DNA from: a virus
Taxonomy: Duplodnaviria; Heunggongvirae; Uroviricota; Caudoviricetes
Strand: one strand, 5' to 3'
Virus record (IMG/VR): IMGVR_UViG_3300021467_000082
Length of the DNA stretch: 64,000 nt
Position numbers and translations under genes: made by a program. Positions 27,801 through 36,480 of the stretch are shown here, piece by piece (position 1 is the stretch's first letter; every line of letters starts with the position of its first letter). The notes under the pieces are model-generated. The model ran no database searches. It saw only the letters and a list, made by a program, of their open reading frames with translations, and was not told the DNA's origin.

Positions 27801-28174
27801 TTCTTGAAGGACCTTGCAATTTTCGCTACCATTGGGGTTCCACTTTCAATATGTGGAAAGATTACATTTACATCGTCCAATAGTAGTTTTTCAATAACTT
27901 GCAAATAAGACAATTCTTCTTGCTTCTCTTCTAGCCAATACCTAGATACTGCTCTCTTAATCCCATTTCTAATTATGAATACCAGGCCATTTTCTATTAC
28001 AGGGAGTGGTATTTCCAAAGCTTTGCTTATTTCTGCATTTTCAAATATAAACCATAAACTATGCTCTACAATTTTAGTTTTTATGTTAGCCGTTACTTTT
28101 GCAAAAGTTTTGTTTCTGTTAAACTCATTCTTCACCCTTTCGGCCAAGATTATGGCCTCATCCATCGGCTCCAT
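24896..28174 (-). CDS. multisubunit RNA polymerase subunit: beta C-terminal half fused to beta-prime N-terminal half
   Basis: Beta motifs SKFSNLHANKGIV (GNKGV), SINKRKNFGQLLE (PSRMNxGQ-like), HVEIKALVTRFG (GEMEVWAL-like), followed by the beta-prime catalytic SLDFDGDTLF (NADFDGD). Confidence 0.8.
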   Translation of the reverse strand: MEPMDEAIILAERVKNEFNRNKTFAKVTANIKTKIVEHSLWFIFENAEISKALEIPLPVIENGLVFIIRNGIKRAVSRYWLEEKQEELSYLQVIEKLLLDDVNVIFPHIESGTPMVAKIARSFKNNQVSYMVMSTQRLIDEIVNTMPIHETDMNTWAMNHRIIIIDPEFNRLQDPNKRLEYQVEKNRKYYQKFGWTAIGLSDGVLADKNYLLDLDMRRITPFGMFHNPQRNLYSTLCMQGDELPRIRTKSMQKLIDKGFERRGWNLTTAILDTPLTFEDQILVDKRLLSLSHTVNKKFTIYGDKILVEEGDNIRFGDKLGFSPDGKPVIMDLRCDEGKILTINGVVVELDNMPIKATIITVEGKRFLKDGSKFSNLHANKGIVKFMDLGVAINPKTGEEVPIDVIISGTSINKRKNFGQLLEMLANNLNEGDDPIVIDDEYIVTKGKIKAALKAKGFPEDGSWMIRTYCGEFQAVVGKMFWGVTKDPEDQIWDDKKAWITNNRELRTSGLKFSHVEIKALVTRFGPGNPIIKEVMSHAQGVEIIKDEIRILHSAKGEVDTNYPIIDAEDIRFVDLRRGFLHTIDEIKGTIVDEEFFADGFIMRLPCYFQAVVNKQDKEDFSMGLPDDDVDTNTYDVYRYNQIFIPNALLRRCWRHPSGKWGLSQVGILVNRIVQLTHEFVEDKSIINQNELMRAVSQYFRVVARSMGTKRGELSTYGMAIRYPYSAHGVAALADNLPPNTIEIHRDMAQQLNVKTGDIVLVERFPCLGFMSIRPQKVQITDDPLCRYVIRVSGNSLVSLSLDFDGDTLFLASFHTAEAREALRKEFHNPNKVCIDAINKMNSKKVPRIQEMTFDDFNICYFPKPTNEEHAELVRKATGVKSHTGPVIALAYNLMRIVERNVPYSETEEHAHLELLLDFLGNTVFKQKHGIKSLQEEATDAICVADVDAMVSLGFDRRPSELLCNLIKSEAAKLGIQNLKEFHARAKARGGSKIINFIVRKRNRIYFATRASLGPFGLLDHLQDSAADLPSFMLKRLLQTQTESIEDKLERLKAEKMKVKDILTTTKMRDVYRLLSDYIDKLVVPNQQNAIGC

Positions 28175-28217
28175 ACCTCCTCCTTTTATGAGTTATGAGT
28201 TACAAGATCAGTATTGT

Positions 28218-29417
28218 CTATATAACCTCATACAAACGGGAAAGAGCCGCTTTATCAAATTTTCTCATTGTCCTAAATTCCTCCATAAACTTCTTTAGTT
28301 CACTGTCATTTAAACTATTTTTGTACCCTAATGTACGCAATAACATTTTGCTCACCTCTATGGGTATAAGATTGCTACATACAGCGGCACTGATTACTGT
28401 AAACACTGAATAGGCTTGGTGGTAATATTTCTCGAATAATTGAATATTATTGTTATGTTCTGATAATGGCACACGACGTAAATGTTTTACATCATCTATT
28501 ATATTTTCTACATTGGAATTATTTATGCACCTTACTATATAAATATGTTCAATAAGCCTATCAATCATAATTTTGCTAAGCGTAGTGTAGAATTTTGCTT
28601 TAAATGTTTGTATATTTTCACATATCCTTAACCTATCTACTCTAGAGAAATTGTAAGCGTCTGCAACTAGTAATCTGGGAGATCGTAAACGTTGCATAAA
28701 GACATTTACATCATTTGCATCGTTATCAGCATCAACAACTGGTACAAAATCAGCATCAACAACTGGTACAAAGCCATCACAAAGCTGAATACCTGGATGA
28801 ATAAGATATGTCGTTAATAACGACGCAATAAAAGCGTTATACTGTGCTTTTGTTATCATTGCATAATAGCGCCCGTACGGATAGTTAAGATTGTCATCAG
28901 CAAATTGTCTAACATTCCCATCAGAAATTAGAGATAGATAAGCAAAGTTCTTAAACGTATTGTTTAAACCATAGATCATTGCTACAAGCCATGCTAAAAA
29001 TTCATCGCGGCTTTTCAGTACATTGCTAGGCTCTTTTCTAATGAATACAATTGGTAAAACATATTTCTCCCTCTTTAGTAATATGTCTAATTCATGGCCA
29101 CATAATACACACGGTGCAGATAAATTGATTAAAAGTGCATCAAGTGATTGTAAACCATGTCTGCTACCGTTAAAAACATTCACGCCACTTAGTATAGCAT
29201 GCTTAACATTTCGTGCTAAATTAATATTTAACAACATGAATTTACGTTCCGGCTTCGGAGCCACCATTATAACGTCTAATAATATACATTGCATAGTAGG
29301 TTGTAAGAAAGCACTTATCACATAACCTGCTCTACCAGCTACAACTGAGCCTCGCTTTCTAGAACTTTTGGTTATATATATTCTATCCCCTAAATTAAGC
29401 ATATTGCACCTCACCAA
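28218..29417 (-). CDS. hypothetical protein containing an in-frame duplicated octapeptide (DFVPVVDA x2)
   Basis: ORF track, 399 aa; 24-bp tandem duplication at 28725-28772. Confidence 0.5.
   Translation of the reverse strand: MVRCNMLNLGDRIYITKSSRKRGSVVAGRAGYVISAFLQPTMQCILLDVIMVAPKPERKFMLLNINLARNVKHAILSGVNVFNGSRHGLQSLDALLINLSAPCVLCGHELDILLKREKYVLPIVFIRKEPSNVLKSRDEFLAWLVAMIYGLNNTFKNFAYLSLISDGNVRQFADDNLNYPYGRYYAMITKAQYNAFIASLLTTYLIHPGIQLCDGFVPVVDADFVPVVDADNDANDVNVFMQRLRSPRLLVADAYNFSRVDRLRICENIQTFKAKFYTTLSKIMIDRLIEHIYIVRCINNSNVENIIDDVKHLRRVPLSEHNNNIQLFEKYYHQAYSVFTVISAAVCSNLIPIEVSKMLLRTLGYKNSLNDSELKKFMEEFRTMRKFDKAALSRLYEVI
28725..28772. repeat. 24-bp perfect tandem duplication (ATCAGCATCAACAACTGGTACAAA x2) inside a CDS
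   Basis: Seen directly in sequence. Confidence 0.85.
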
Positions 29418-30183
29418 ATGGAAATCTCTCGCCTATAACTTCGTCAAGAACCGAAAGTACAGATACAAAAAACTCATTGTTGCCAGAGTTTAGCCCGCCG
29501 CGTCCGAATTCATTGATAACCTCTCGTATATTTCTACGAACCATTTGTATATAGCTGCGTATAATATTCGCCTTCTCTGCAAACGCATAGTGTAACTCAA
29601 ACAATTCATTAGCTCTATATGCTTCATGGTCGGGGCCTTCGTAATGGGATCTGAGTAGTTCCCTTATATCTTTATCTGTCTCGCCAAAATTTATAAGTCT
29701 AACTATATTATCTAAATAAGCACTTACATGTATTTCGCCACGCAAATGGCGAGTTAACGGTCGTCCTTCTTTAACATCTTGTATGAGACGATCCAATCTA
29801 GCAGGCCTATGGCCATAATTATTGCCCGCCACTCGATAGGCATTAACCATAGCTACCAAATACGCCATGAACACTATATAATCGCATTCTAGCAAATTTG
29901 TTTTTGGCAGCTTTGTTACGGTATGAGAATGAGTTAAGAAGTCATTCTTTATACCTTCCGCTAAAGCTGTTTCTGGATCTATAATCGGAAGTCTTAATTT
30001 AGCACCCATTATCCTTGGTTTGCCAGTCTTACCGACTCTGTAAAAAATACAGTCATATAACCATCCGATACTTTGAGTAACGGAAGGGAAATATGCTATA
30101 AAACCAAGCGATCCTGGCAAAATTTTTGATCTTGTAAGTTTGTCTTCTACTTTAATAGCTTCGCCACAAAGATAAAAATGCAT
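29395..30183 (-). CDS. hypothetical protein
   Basis: ORF track, 262 aa. Confidence 0.5.
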   Translation of the reverse strand: MHFYLCGEAIKVEDKLTRSKILPGSLGFIAYFPSVTQSIGWLYDCIFYRVGKTGKPRIMGAKLRLPIIDPETALAEGIKNDFLTHSHTVTKLPKTNLLECDYIVFMAYLVAMVNAYRVAGNNYGHRPARLDRLIQDVKEGRPLTRHLRGEIHVSAYLDNIVRLINFGETDKDIRELLRSHYEGPDHEAYRANELFELHYAFAEKANIIRSYIQMVRRNIREVINEFGRGGLNSGNNEFFVSVLSVLDEVIGERFPFGEVQYA

Positions 30184-30199
30184 TGTATGTCTCCTCCAC

Positions 30200-30553
30200 T
30201 TATGTTACTATATGATATTCGTCACCACACACAGTTTTATAACAAAATACTGTCTCCTTTGCTTTATAATGAATGGTAGTAAATAATATCTCAGGAGTAA
30301 TAATTATTACTCGTTTGTTCTTCTTTAATTGAGTAGAAGCAAATATCAACCTTGTATTATTACACTGTACAGATACAGGTTCTATGCTAGCAGAAGTAAA
30401 CACTGCTTTAGCTGCACCTTTAGTATTCAAAACGGCCTCTGCTTCTCTGCGGGTTACCATTCCTACCAGTCTACCCTTAAACGAAATCTCCTCTTTCTTC
30501 TTGCGATTTATATATCTTATCTCCTTAATATCAGCCATCTTCCTCTTCCCCAT
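30200..30553 (-). CDS. hypothetical protein
   Basis: ORF track, 117 aa. Confidence 0.4.
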   Translation of the reverse strand: MGKRKMADIKEIRYINRKKKEEISFKGRLVGMVTRREAEAVLNTKGAAKAVFTSASIEPVSVQCNNTRLIFASTQLKKNKRVIIITPEILFTTIHYKAKETVFCYKTVCGDEYHIVT

Positions 30554-31019
30554 ACACCTTTTTGCAATCTATAGGAATTGTGGTAGCAGTAATTTGAATG
30601 CTAGGAGTTAGCGGCGCTCCTAATATAATCGCAAAATCATCTATCGCAAAATCGTCTCCAATCATATTTTCTATTTCCTCTGTTAACTCTTCTACAGTGT
30701 CATACGGTGTGCAATCTACCGTGTTTCCGAACCCTTCACTAAGTAAATATAGGCCCATTTTGCTGAACTTAAACGGTATCTCATATGGTAATTCCTTAGG
30801 ATCTAAAACTAGGCCATAAAAAATAGATGTTGGATCATCTAAAGAGAAAATAAGATTATCAAATTCACTTTGAGGCATTTTCCTAAGTTCGCCATTAATT
30901 TCCGCTTTTGTAGTGGATGCTATAAATAAGCCTGGCGTGCTAACTACATAGACATTAGTTCCAATATAATCTTTGAATTGACTTATAGATCTAATAAGAG
31001 CCATAACTCGCCTCCACAA
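30531..31019 (-). CDS. hypothetical protein
   Basis: ORF track, 162 aa. Confidence 0.45.
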   Translation of the reverse strand: MWRRVMALIRSISQFKDYIGTNVYVVSTPGLFIASTTKAEINGELRKMPQSEFDNLIFSLDDPTSIFYGLVLDPKELPYEIPFKFSKMGLYLLSEGFGNTVDCTPYDTVEELTEEIENMIGDDFAIDDFAIILGAPLTPSIQITATTIPIDCKKVYGEEEDG

Positions 31020-31539
31020 TATCTTTATTATATGTAAGGAATATATTTAATAAAAATTTGAACGCTGGCGAATATTTGTTTGGATTATCAGCGATATCTT
31101 CTATAAGTTCGCCTAACGGTAGAATTATAATACCATCAAGCTCTTCCTCATTGATTGTAATGACTTCCTTGGTCGGATCTAGCAAGTACGAATATAATTT
31201 TACAAACTCGTTATTAGTTACACCACAAGCACTGACATATGCTATTTCCTCAAGCTCCTCTGATTCAACATCCAGCCCAAGCTCTTCCTTTGTTTCCCTA
31301 ATAGCTGCTTCGAGATATGACTCGCCGTATCTTACGTGACCTGATACTGACGAGCTCAATAACCCACCATTCTCTGTGTGTTTGGCTTTTTGTTGAACAA
31401 TAAAATATCCGCCAAACACCTCTATGAAAACATGGACAGCCCTATGGAAAAATCCGTTCTCATGTAAATAATCTTTCCCATATACTATACGTAAGGGAAC
31501 ATCATGTTCATCAACTACCCAAAAAATTTCGTCATGCAT
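30991..31539 (-). CDS. Nudix hydrolase
   Basis: Nudix box GHVRYGESYLEAAIRETKEELGL. Confidence 0.8.
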   Translation of the reverse strand: MHDEIFWVVDEHDVPLRIVYGKDYLHENGFFHRAVHVFIEVFGGYFIVQQKAKHTENGGLLSSSVSGHVRYGESYLEAAIRETKEELGLDVESEELEEIAYVSACGVTNNEFVKLYSYLLDPTKEVITINEEELDGIIILPLGELIEDIADNPNKYSPAFKFLLNIFLTYNKDIVEASYGSY

Positions 31540-31990
31540 TTTGTGCCCCCAGAACCTTGCTGTTATATAATATTCTTTCTATAATCCTATGCTGCTGAGT
31601 TGTCGACAATTCACTACCTATCAATACTGCAAAATTCTCAATATCTTCGTTAAGACTTTGCATTTGCTCTTCTATATATCCTACACAACCATCCATTGTT
31701 TCAAAATCTGCAAAATCATAATCATCTGCGATTACGTAAGCCACTTCGTCCATATCTAAATCATATGGCAACTCTTCAGCTTTGTAGGCATATCCTCTTA
31801 ATAACATGGTTTTTGTAAGACTTAAGCGAGACTGAAGGTTATGACTCCGTACATATTTTATAATGTTTAAGATAGTAGTAGACGCTACATACTCGATTAT
31901 TGAGTCAGTTACGTCAAATAGCAAGAAATAGACTTCTTCGCCTTCAAACTCTCGCAAGGCGTGCACAGTGGTAGCAACCTTATCTTTCAT
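31532..31990 (-). CDS. hypothetical protein
   Basis: ORF track, 152 aa. Confidence 0.45.
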   Translation of the reverse strand: MKDKVATTVHALREFEGEEVYFLLFDVTDSIIEYVASTTILNIIKYVRSHNLQSRLSLTKTMLLRGYAYKAEELPYDLDMDEVAYVIADDYDFADFETMDGCVGYIEEQMQSLNEDIENFAVLIGSELSTTQQHRIIERILYNSKVLGAQNA

Positions 31991-32747
31991 CGTTTCCCCC
32001 TACTAATTCTACATCTTCAGCATAATCTACTCTTTCATGGTAATTACTAGCAACATCTGCTATAATTGCTTCTTGAATAGATTTTAAGTTACCCAATACC
32101 ACAGTTACATTGTCAAATTGACCATCTAAATGCAGTTTATTATAAATATTAGACACTATGGCTCGTGGATCATGCTTTGCTTTGGAATCTCTATATATAG
32201 CTCTAGAAGCAGCTTCTACTTGATCACAAAACATTAGAATTAAAGATTCCAAAGTATTCGGACGTTGAGTCTTATATCTAAACTCATCTATTCGATCAAT
32301 CTCCACTTTTTCAGCTATTGACTTCAACACACATGTACCATGATGCTGGCTGGCTATTTTAATTACCTCCATAGGAAAATCGTTTGCTACCAAAATTGCT
32401 ACCGTATCAGATACATGTCTTGTTATTAATTGGTAGCTAATTTCCGGTGTTAACTCATCATGTATGTTTTTGCCTTCTCTTTGATTTTCAGTAAATATTT
32501 CCGGGTTCCACATTTTACCTATGTCATGATACATCGCCGCTATCTTTAATGTCTCCGATTCCATTCCAACACTAGCACAAACATTCTCTATCATTCCTAC
32601 TAATGATTGTGCATGCTTATAGCTGCCTGGCGCTTTCTCTCTGAATTCTTTTAGCAGCGGAAAGTTAGAATCCAAATAACCTAATTCTTTTTCTTCTTTC
32701 TTCACTGCTTCTTTGGTTTCCTCAATCAACTCGACATTCTCCGACAT
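31980..32747 (-). CDS. HD/HDIG-domain phosphohydrolase
   Basis: H...AAMYHDIGK...D motif arrangement. Confidence 0.7.
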   Translation of the reverse strand: MSENVELIEETKEAVKKEEKELGYLDSNFPLLKEFREKAPGSYKHAQSLVGMIENVCASVGMESETLKIAAMYHDIGKMWNPEIFTENQREGKNIHDELTPEISYQLITRHVSDTVAILVANDFPMEVIKIASQHHGTCVLKSIAEKVEIDRIDEFRYKTQRPNTLESLILMFCDQVEAASRAIYRDSKAKHDPRAIVSNIYNKLHLDGQFDNVTVVLGNLKSIQEAIIADVASNYHERVDYAEDVELVGGNDER

Positions 32748-33457
32748 TTGCTGCCTCCAATTTTATCCTTATATAAGGTAACGAATTTTTCAAAATCATA
32801 TTTCAGAAAATCTCTCATTATGCATTGATAAGCAACTACACCAGGATCTGTTATTCTCATTATTTCGGGATGAAATTGTACGCCAAAACCATTAATATTG
32901 GTAAAGATAGCGCCTTCAACTTCTTGCACATCATCATCTACCTGTCTACAGTTCTCATCGAAATAAAGCCGGGCAATGCTTGGCTCAGTCCAAATTAATG
33001 GTATTGCTTTATTATTTACCTTTACCAACTGATGGTGTGTGCTAGATACCAAGTATTGACTCTTAAACGGTGCAAAGTACGCATTGTGATATGGAGGATG
33101 CCTCGCTATATGTTGATACATCTTACCACCAGCCATCACATTGATAAATTGGAATCCTCGGCAAATGCCACTTACTTTAACACTATGTTTTAGACATACA
33201 TCGAAGATTTCTTGTTCAAGGCGGTCTCGTTTATGGTTAACATAACTCATACCGTCAATCTTCCCGCCATAGAATCCTGGAGATACATCTTCTCCACCAG
33301 TAAACAATACCATATCTATATCTGTATAGTGCATTTCGATAATATCTGTTATCCGTTTAGCGTCATGTATGATATCCTCAGTAGAGTACAATATTCTAAC
33401 AAAACCTTGAATTGGAAATGAATAGACTGAAGGCCCTACCACTACGATGTTATGCAT
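32726..33457 (-). CDS. class-I glutamine amidotransferase-like protein (peptidase C26/gamma-glutamyl hydrolase-like)
   Basis: Nucleophile elbow GICRGFQ and VQFHPE (His-Glu of the triad). Confidence 0.7.
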   Translation of the reverse strand: MHNIVVVGPSVYSFPIQGFVRILYSTEDIIHDAKRITDIIEMHYTDIDMVLFTGGEDVSPGFYGGKIDGMSYVNHKRDRLEQEIFDVCLKHSVKVSGICRGFQFINVMAGGKMYQHIARHPPYHNAYFAPFKSQYLVSSTHHQLVKVNNKAIPLIWTEPSIARLYFDENCRQVDDDVQEVEGAIFTNINGFGVQFHPEIMRITDPGVVAYQCIMRDFLKYDFEKFVTLYKDKIGGSKCRRMSS

Positions 33458-34382
33458 TTGCAGCCCCCTTTTTCGCTTTTTTACTCTCCTTTTTCTTATC
33501 CCTTGGAATGATAAATTTGTATTTACCCTTATTCGTATTATACAGCTCTAAATAACAATCCATTTCCTTTTTTGTCTCTGCATTTACCAAGTTTTTTAAC
33601 TCACCTGTAAACAATTCTTTAAGTGTTACTTCAGTCTTTACAGAATCTATTTGACTACAAATTTCGTTTATAGCCGACATGCATGTGAATTTACCTTCAT
33701 AAACGTCGGTTTTATCATATTTATGGAAATCGCTTACAAATAATTTCAACGCTATAGGAACTGCTAATGGGAGCACACAATTATACAAGTCCTTATGTGT
33801 ACGAGTACGTTCTCCATAATATCTCGTAACATTTATTATGTGATGGACAGTATTGTCTACGGTCAATCTTGATGCCGCTACAAAAGCACTATAAAACGGT
33901 AGCCCTACGTCGTAAAATGTTAATATAGTCCGCACGAACGTAGGCCATTCGACCAAATATCTTATAGCTGATACATAGACATACAATTGATTTTTTGTAT
34001 AATTGTCAAACTTTATTATAACATATGGATGTTGAGCACCAAATTTAATTGATACGTCTTCTCCTATTAATTTAAATTTTTTACATAGCTTTAACCACTT
34101 CTTAATTTCTGCAGCCGTTAAATAATGTAATTGCTGCAAATTAATATCAGTTAAGCAATAAGCTAAAGCGTTATATGCTTTTGGTATACCATATCTAATC
34201 TTCGAAAAACAAACTTCTCCTGACAAAGATTGTTTCTTTTTAAGATTTTCAACATAGTTTAATGTGATATACTTTGTTGCTTTATTAGTGCGAAATAAGT
34301 GATATTTTACATCATAAGGCCGTACTCTTTCTGCTAAGTCCAATATGAATTGATTGTCAAATTGTGGTAATACTAAATTCAT
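33450..34382 (-). CDS. hypothetical protein
   Basis: ORF track, 310 aa. Confidence 0.5.
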   Translation of the reverse strand: MNLVLPQFDNQFILDLAERVRPYDVKYHLFRTNKATKYITLNYVENLKKKQSLSGEVCFSKIRYGIPKAYNALAYCLTDINLQQLHYLTAAEIKKWLKLCKKFKLIGEDVSIKFGAQHPYVIIKFDNYTKNQLYVYVSAIRYLVEWPTFVRTILTFYDVGLPFYSAFVAASRLTVDNTVHHIINVTRYYGERTRTHKDLYNCVLPLAVPIALKLFVSDFHKYDKTDVYEGKFTCMSAINEICSQIDSVKTEVTLKELFTGELKNLVNAETKKEMDCYLELYNTNKGKYKFIIPRDKKKESKKAKKGAANA

Positions 34383-34396
34383 TGTTCCCTCCTCAA

Positions 34397-35677
34397 TTAA
34401 CCTAGTGATCTAACAAGCGATTCCTCATAACGCAAAGCTTTCTTAACACCAAGCAATCGCGTCAAACGTCTCCTTGTACCAGATAGAAAACTATTGCTAT
34501 TTCCCCAATTGTAATAGTACGTAGATCTATTACCATGTAATGCCCATTCTTCATACATATTGCTGCTTATAAGTTCATCTGTTCCATTCATTATGAGATA
34601 ATCAAAAAGAGTTATTGGATTTAAACCGACATAATCATCTGAATACACATGAGGTTTTCTAGAATAGTTAGAATACAAAAAATTTGTCGATTTACTAAGA
34701 GAACCTATCAATGCTCTGACCGAACGCCAAACTTTCTTAGCATATACAACGTCTGATTCATTTATTGCGCCCCTTACATCTTCTTCACTTATATTAATAG
34801 TTTGCAATAATTTTTCATAACCGTACTTCCTATACGCAAAAGCCGTCCCTAAGCTGGCCAGGCCTAACACCATAGAGACAAAAATTGGAGATTTAAGCCA
34901 CCAACAGCTTAGACTACGATATTCAATTCCATATGGCGTAGGCCTAAAACACCCGGCTTTGCCATACTTGGATCTTCGCCTTTTAGCGGCTGGCGAATTA
35001 TCAAATGGTAACGTCAATAAATTAACGAAGAAATCCAGAGACTTAACCCATCTAATATGCTCTTTTTCACTTGTGATCATCTCACGTTGCCTAGAATAGT
35101 AGGGATCAGCGAGTCCGCCACCATATTCAATACCTACTAAACCTATATGAATGTGGCCTCCCGCGTATCTATATGGATGTTTTTCCGCGTTCATCTCTGG
35201 CGTATTCACAGTGAGCGTATAGGCATTGTAATCTGGCATACACCCAAAGATCTTTGCGTCGTCATGGGCTTGATCCAATATTCGCTTTTGTACTTTAACA
35301 GACGGCTTTAGCGTAATTCTATTTCCTTCTATCATATCAGCAGCTGTAGTTAAAATACGTTTTGTTCTCATGATAAAGTACACTCTACAATAAGTCGGCG
35401 TGATCCCAAATTCAGCTTGAATGCCATCAAAATATAATTTACCAATCGCCTCTCCTACACCTAACCACCTGTCATCAGGTTCTTGCTTTATAATAAGTGG
35501 TTTAGTTTTATGGGGAAAAAATTTATCTGAGTTTAGAATTGTGCCTTTCTTATTTGCTACGAAAAACTCAGGGTCCGCCCCAAAATAGAGAGTCGGTTTT
35601 AGCCCACAGCTTAATTTTCTTTTCATACCGGTTGTTATTTCAGACAACTTAATCCGCTTCATCACTGGACCTCCCAT
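34397..35677 (-). CDS. amidoligase paralog C
   Basis: GADPEFFVAN, GGHIHIGLVG. Confidence 0.6.
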   Translation of the reverse strand: MGGPVMKRIKLSEITTGMKRKLSCGLKPTLYFGADPEFFVANKKGTILNSDKFFPHKTKPLIIKQEPDDRWLGVGEAIGKLYFDGIQAEFGITPTYCRVYFIMRTKRILTTAADMIEGNRITLKPSVKVQKRILDQAHDDAKIFGCMPDYNAYTLTVNTPEMNAEKHPYRYAGGHIHIGLVGIEYGGGLADPYYSRQREMITSEKEHIRWVKSLDFFVNLLTLPFDNSPAAKRRRSKYGKAGCFRPTPYGIEYRSLSCWWLKSPIFVSMVLGLASLGTAFAYRKYGYEKLLQTINISEEDVRGAINESDVVYAKKVWRSVRALIGSLSKSTNFLYSNYSRKPHVYSDDYVGLNPITLFDYLIMNGTDELISSNMYEEWALHGNRSTYYYNWGNSNSFLSGTRRRLTRLLGVKKALRYEESLVRSLG

Positions 35678-36395
35678 TTATATATAAGTATTTTTCCACA
35701 ATCCCTCTGTACTTTTCTGTTGTAAAATCAGCTTCGTAATCAACGGCAAAATATGACACGTCATTAATGTTTAACTCTTTATATATGAATGTACCATTTT
35801 TATAAACAGCATCTAACTCATGCCAATCTATTCCTCTCTCTTGCAACATATTAAGCATATCAGAGACCTTTTTATTTTGGAGTTCTTTTTGAGAGAAAAC
35901 AGACCTGGCTAACATATGAACAGAATTTCTTATCCAGTCTTTTTGCCGCCATATAAAATAATTACAGACCTCCTCTTTTGGAATGTTAAACGCACGGCAA
36001 TCGAATACTGCATAATTAATTTCAAACATTTGTGATAGCCACCTAGAAAAGTTTACAGACATCATAGCAGCGGCAACAGATACGAGTTTTTGTAGGTTAT
36101 AATCGAACCAAGCTGAAGTGTTCAATTGATCGAAATCTGTCAGTAGAATTGACACTTCATCTGATTGAATATAGGCACATTTCGCACCTTGTATTTCCTC
36201 ACATACGTTTCCAGCAGCATAAACCATTCCCTTTATAAATGTTTCATCAAAAGGTTTCTGCATACACTTACATAATGTGTGGAAAGCTTTTCCATCTAAT
36301 CGTAAAATAACTGGAGTTCTACGAGTCAGTTTTACTCTGTATCTGCTCTCGTAGTTTTCTTTCATCCTATCTCCAATAGACGTTCTATTCTTCAT
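35649..36395 (-). CDS. Thg1-like protein (tRNA-His guanylyltransferase/3'-5' polymerase family)
   Basis: ILRLDGKAFH and IQSDEVSILL match Thg1 VVRLDGRNFH / GQSDEYSFVF; 29-nt overlap with the upstream amidoligase. Confidence 0.75.
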   Translation of the reverse strand: MKNRTSIGDRMKENYESRYRVKLTRRTPVILRLDGKAFHTLCKCMQKPFDETFIKGMVYAAGNVCEEIQGAKCAYIQSDEVSILLTDFDQLNTSAWFDYNLQKLVSVAAAMMSVNFSRWLSQMFEINYAVFDCRAFNIPKEEVCNYFIWRQKDWIRNSVHMLARSVFSQKELQNKKVSDMLNMLQERGIDWHELDAVYKNGTFIYKELNINDVSYFAVDYEADFTTEKYRGIVEKYLYINGRSSDEAD

Positions 36396-36480
36396 TTTTC
36401 TCTCCTATTTTTCAAGGACCGCTATGTTTACTATTAGATCTTAAGCCTTTATAAGATTTTTATTCTTCATAGCACCCTCC

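Noticed and set aside
24896-28174. Looked for a second intein or a group-I intron/homing endonuclease in the RNAP gene (as occurs in some jumbo phages)
   Set aside because: The reading frame is continuous. No Cys/Ser...HN splice-junction pair or LAGLIDADG/GIY-YIG/HNH motif was spotted.
29395-30183. Considered a ThyX/thymidylate-synthase-like or nucleotide-modification role for the 262-aa ORF
   Set aside because: No RHR...S ThyX motif or other diagnostic signature could be found, so it is left as hypothetical.
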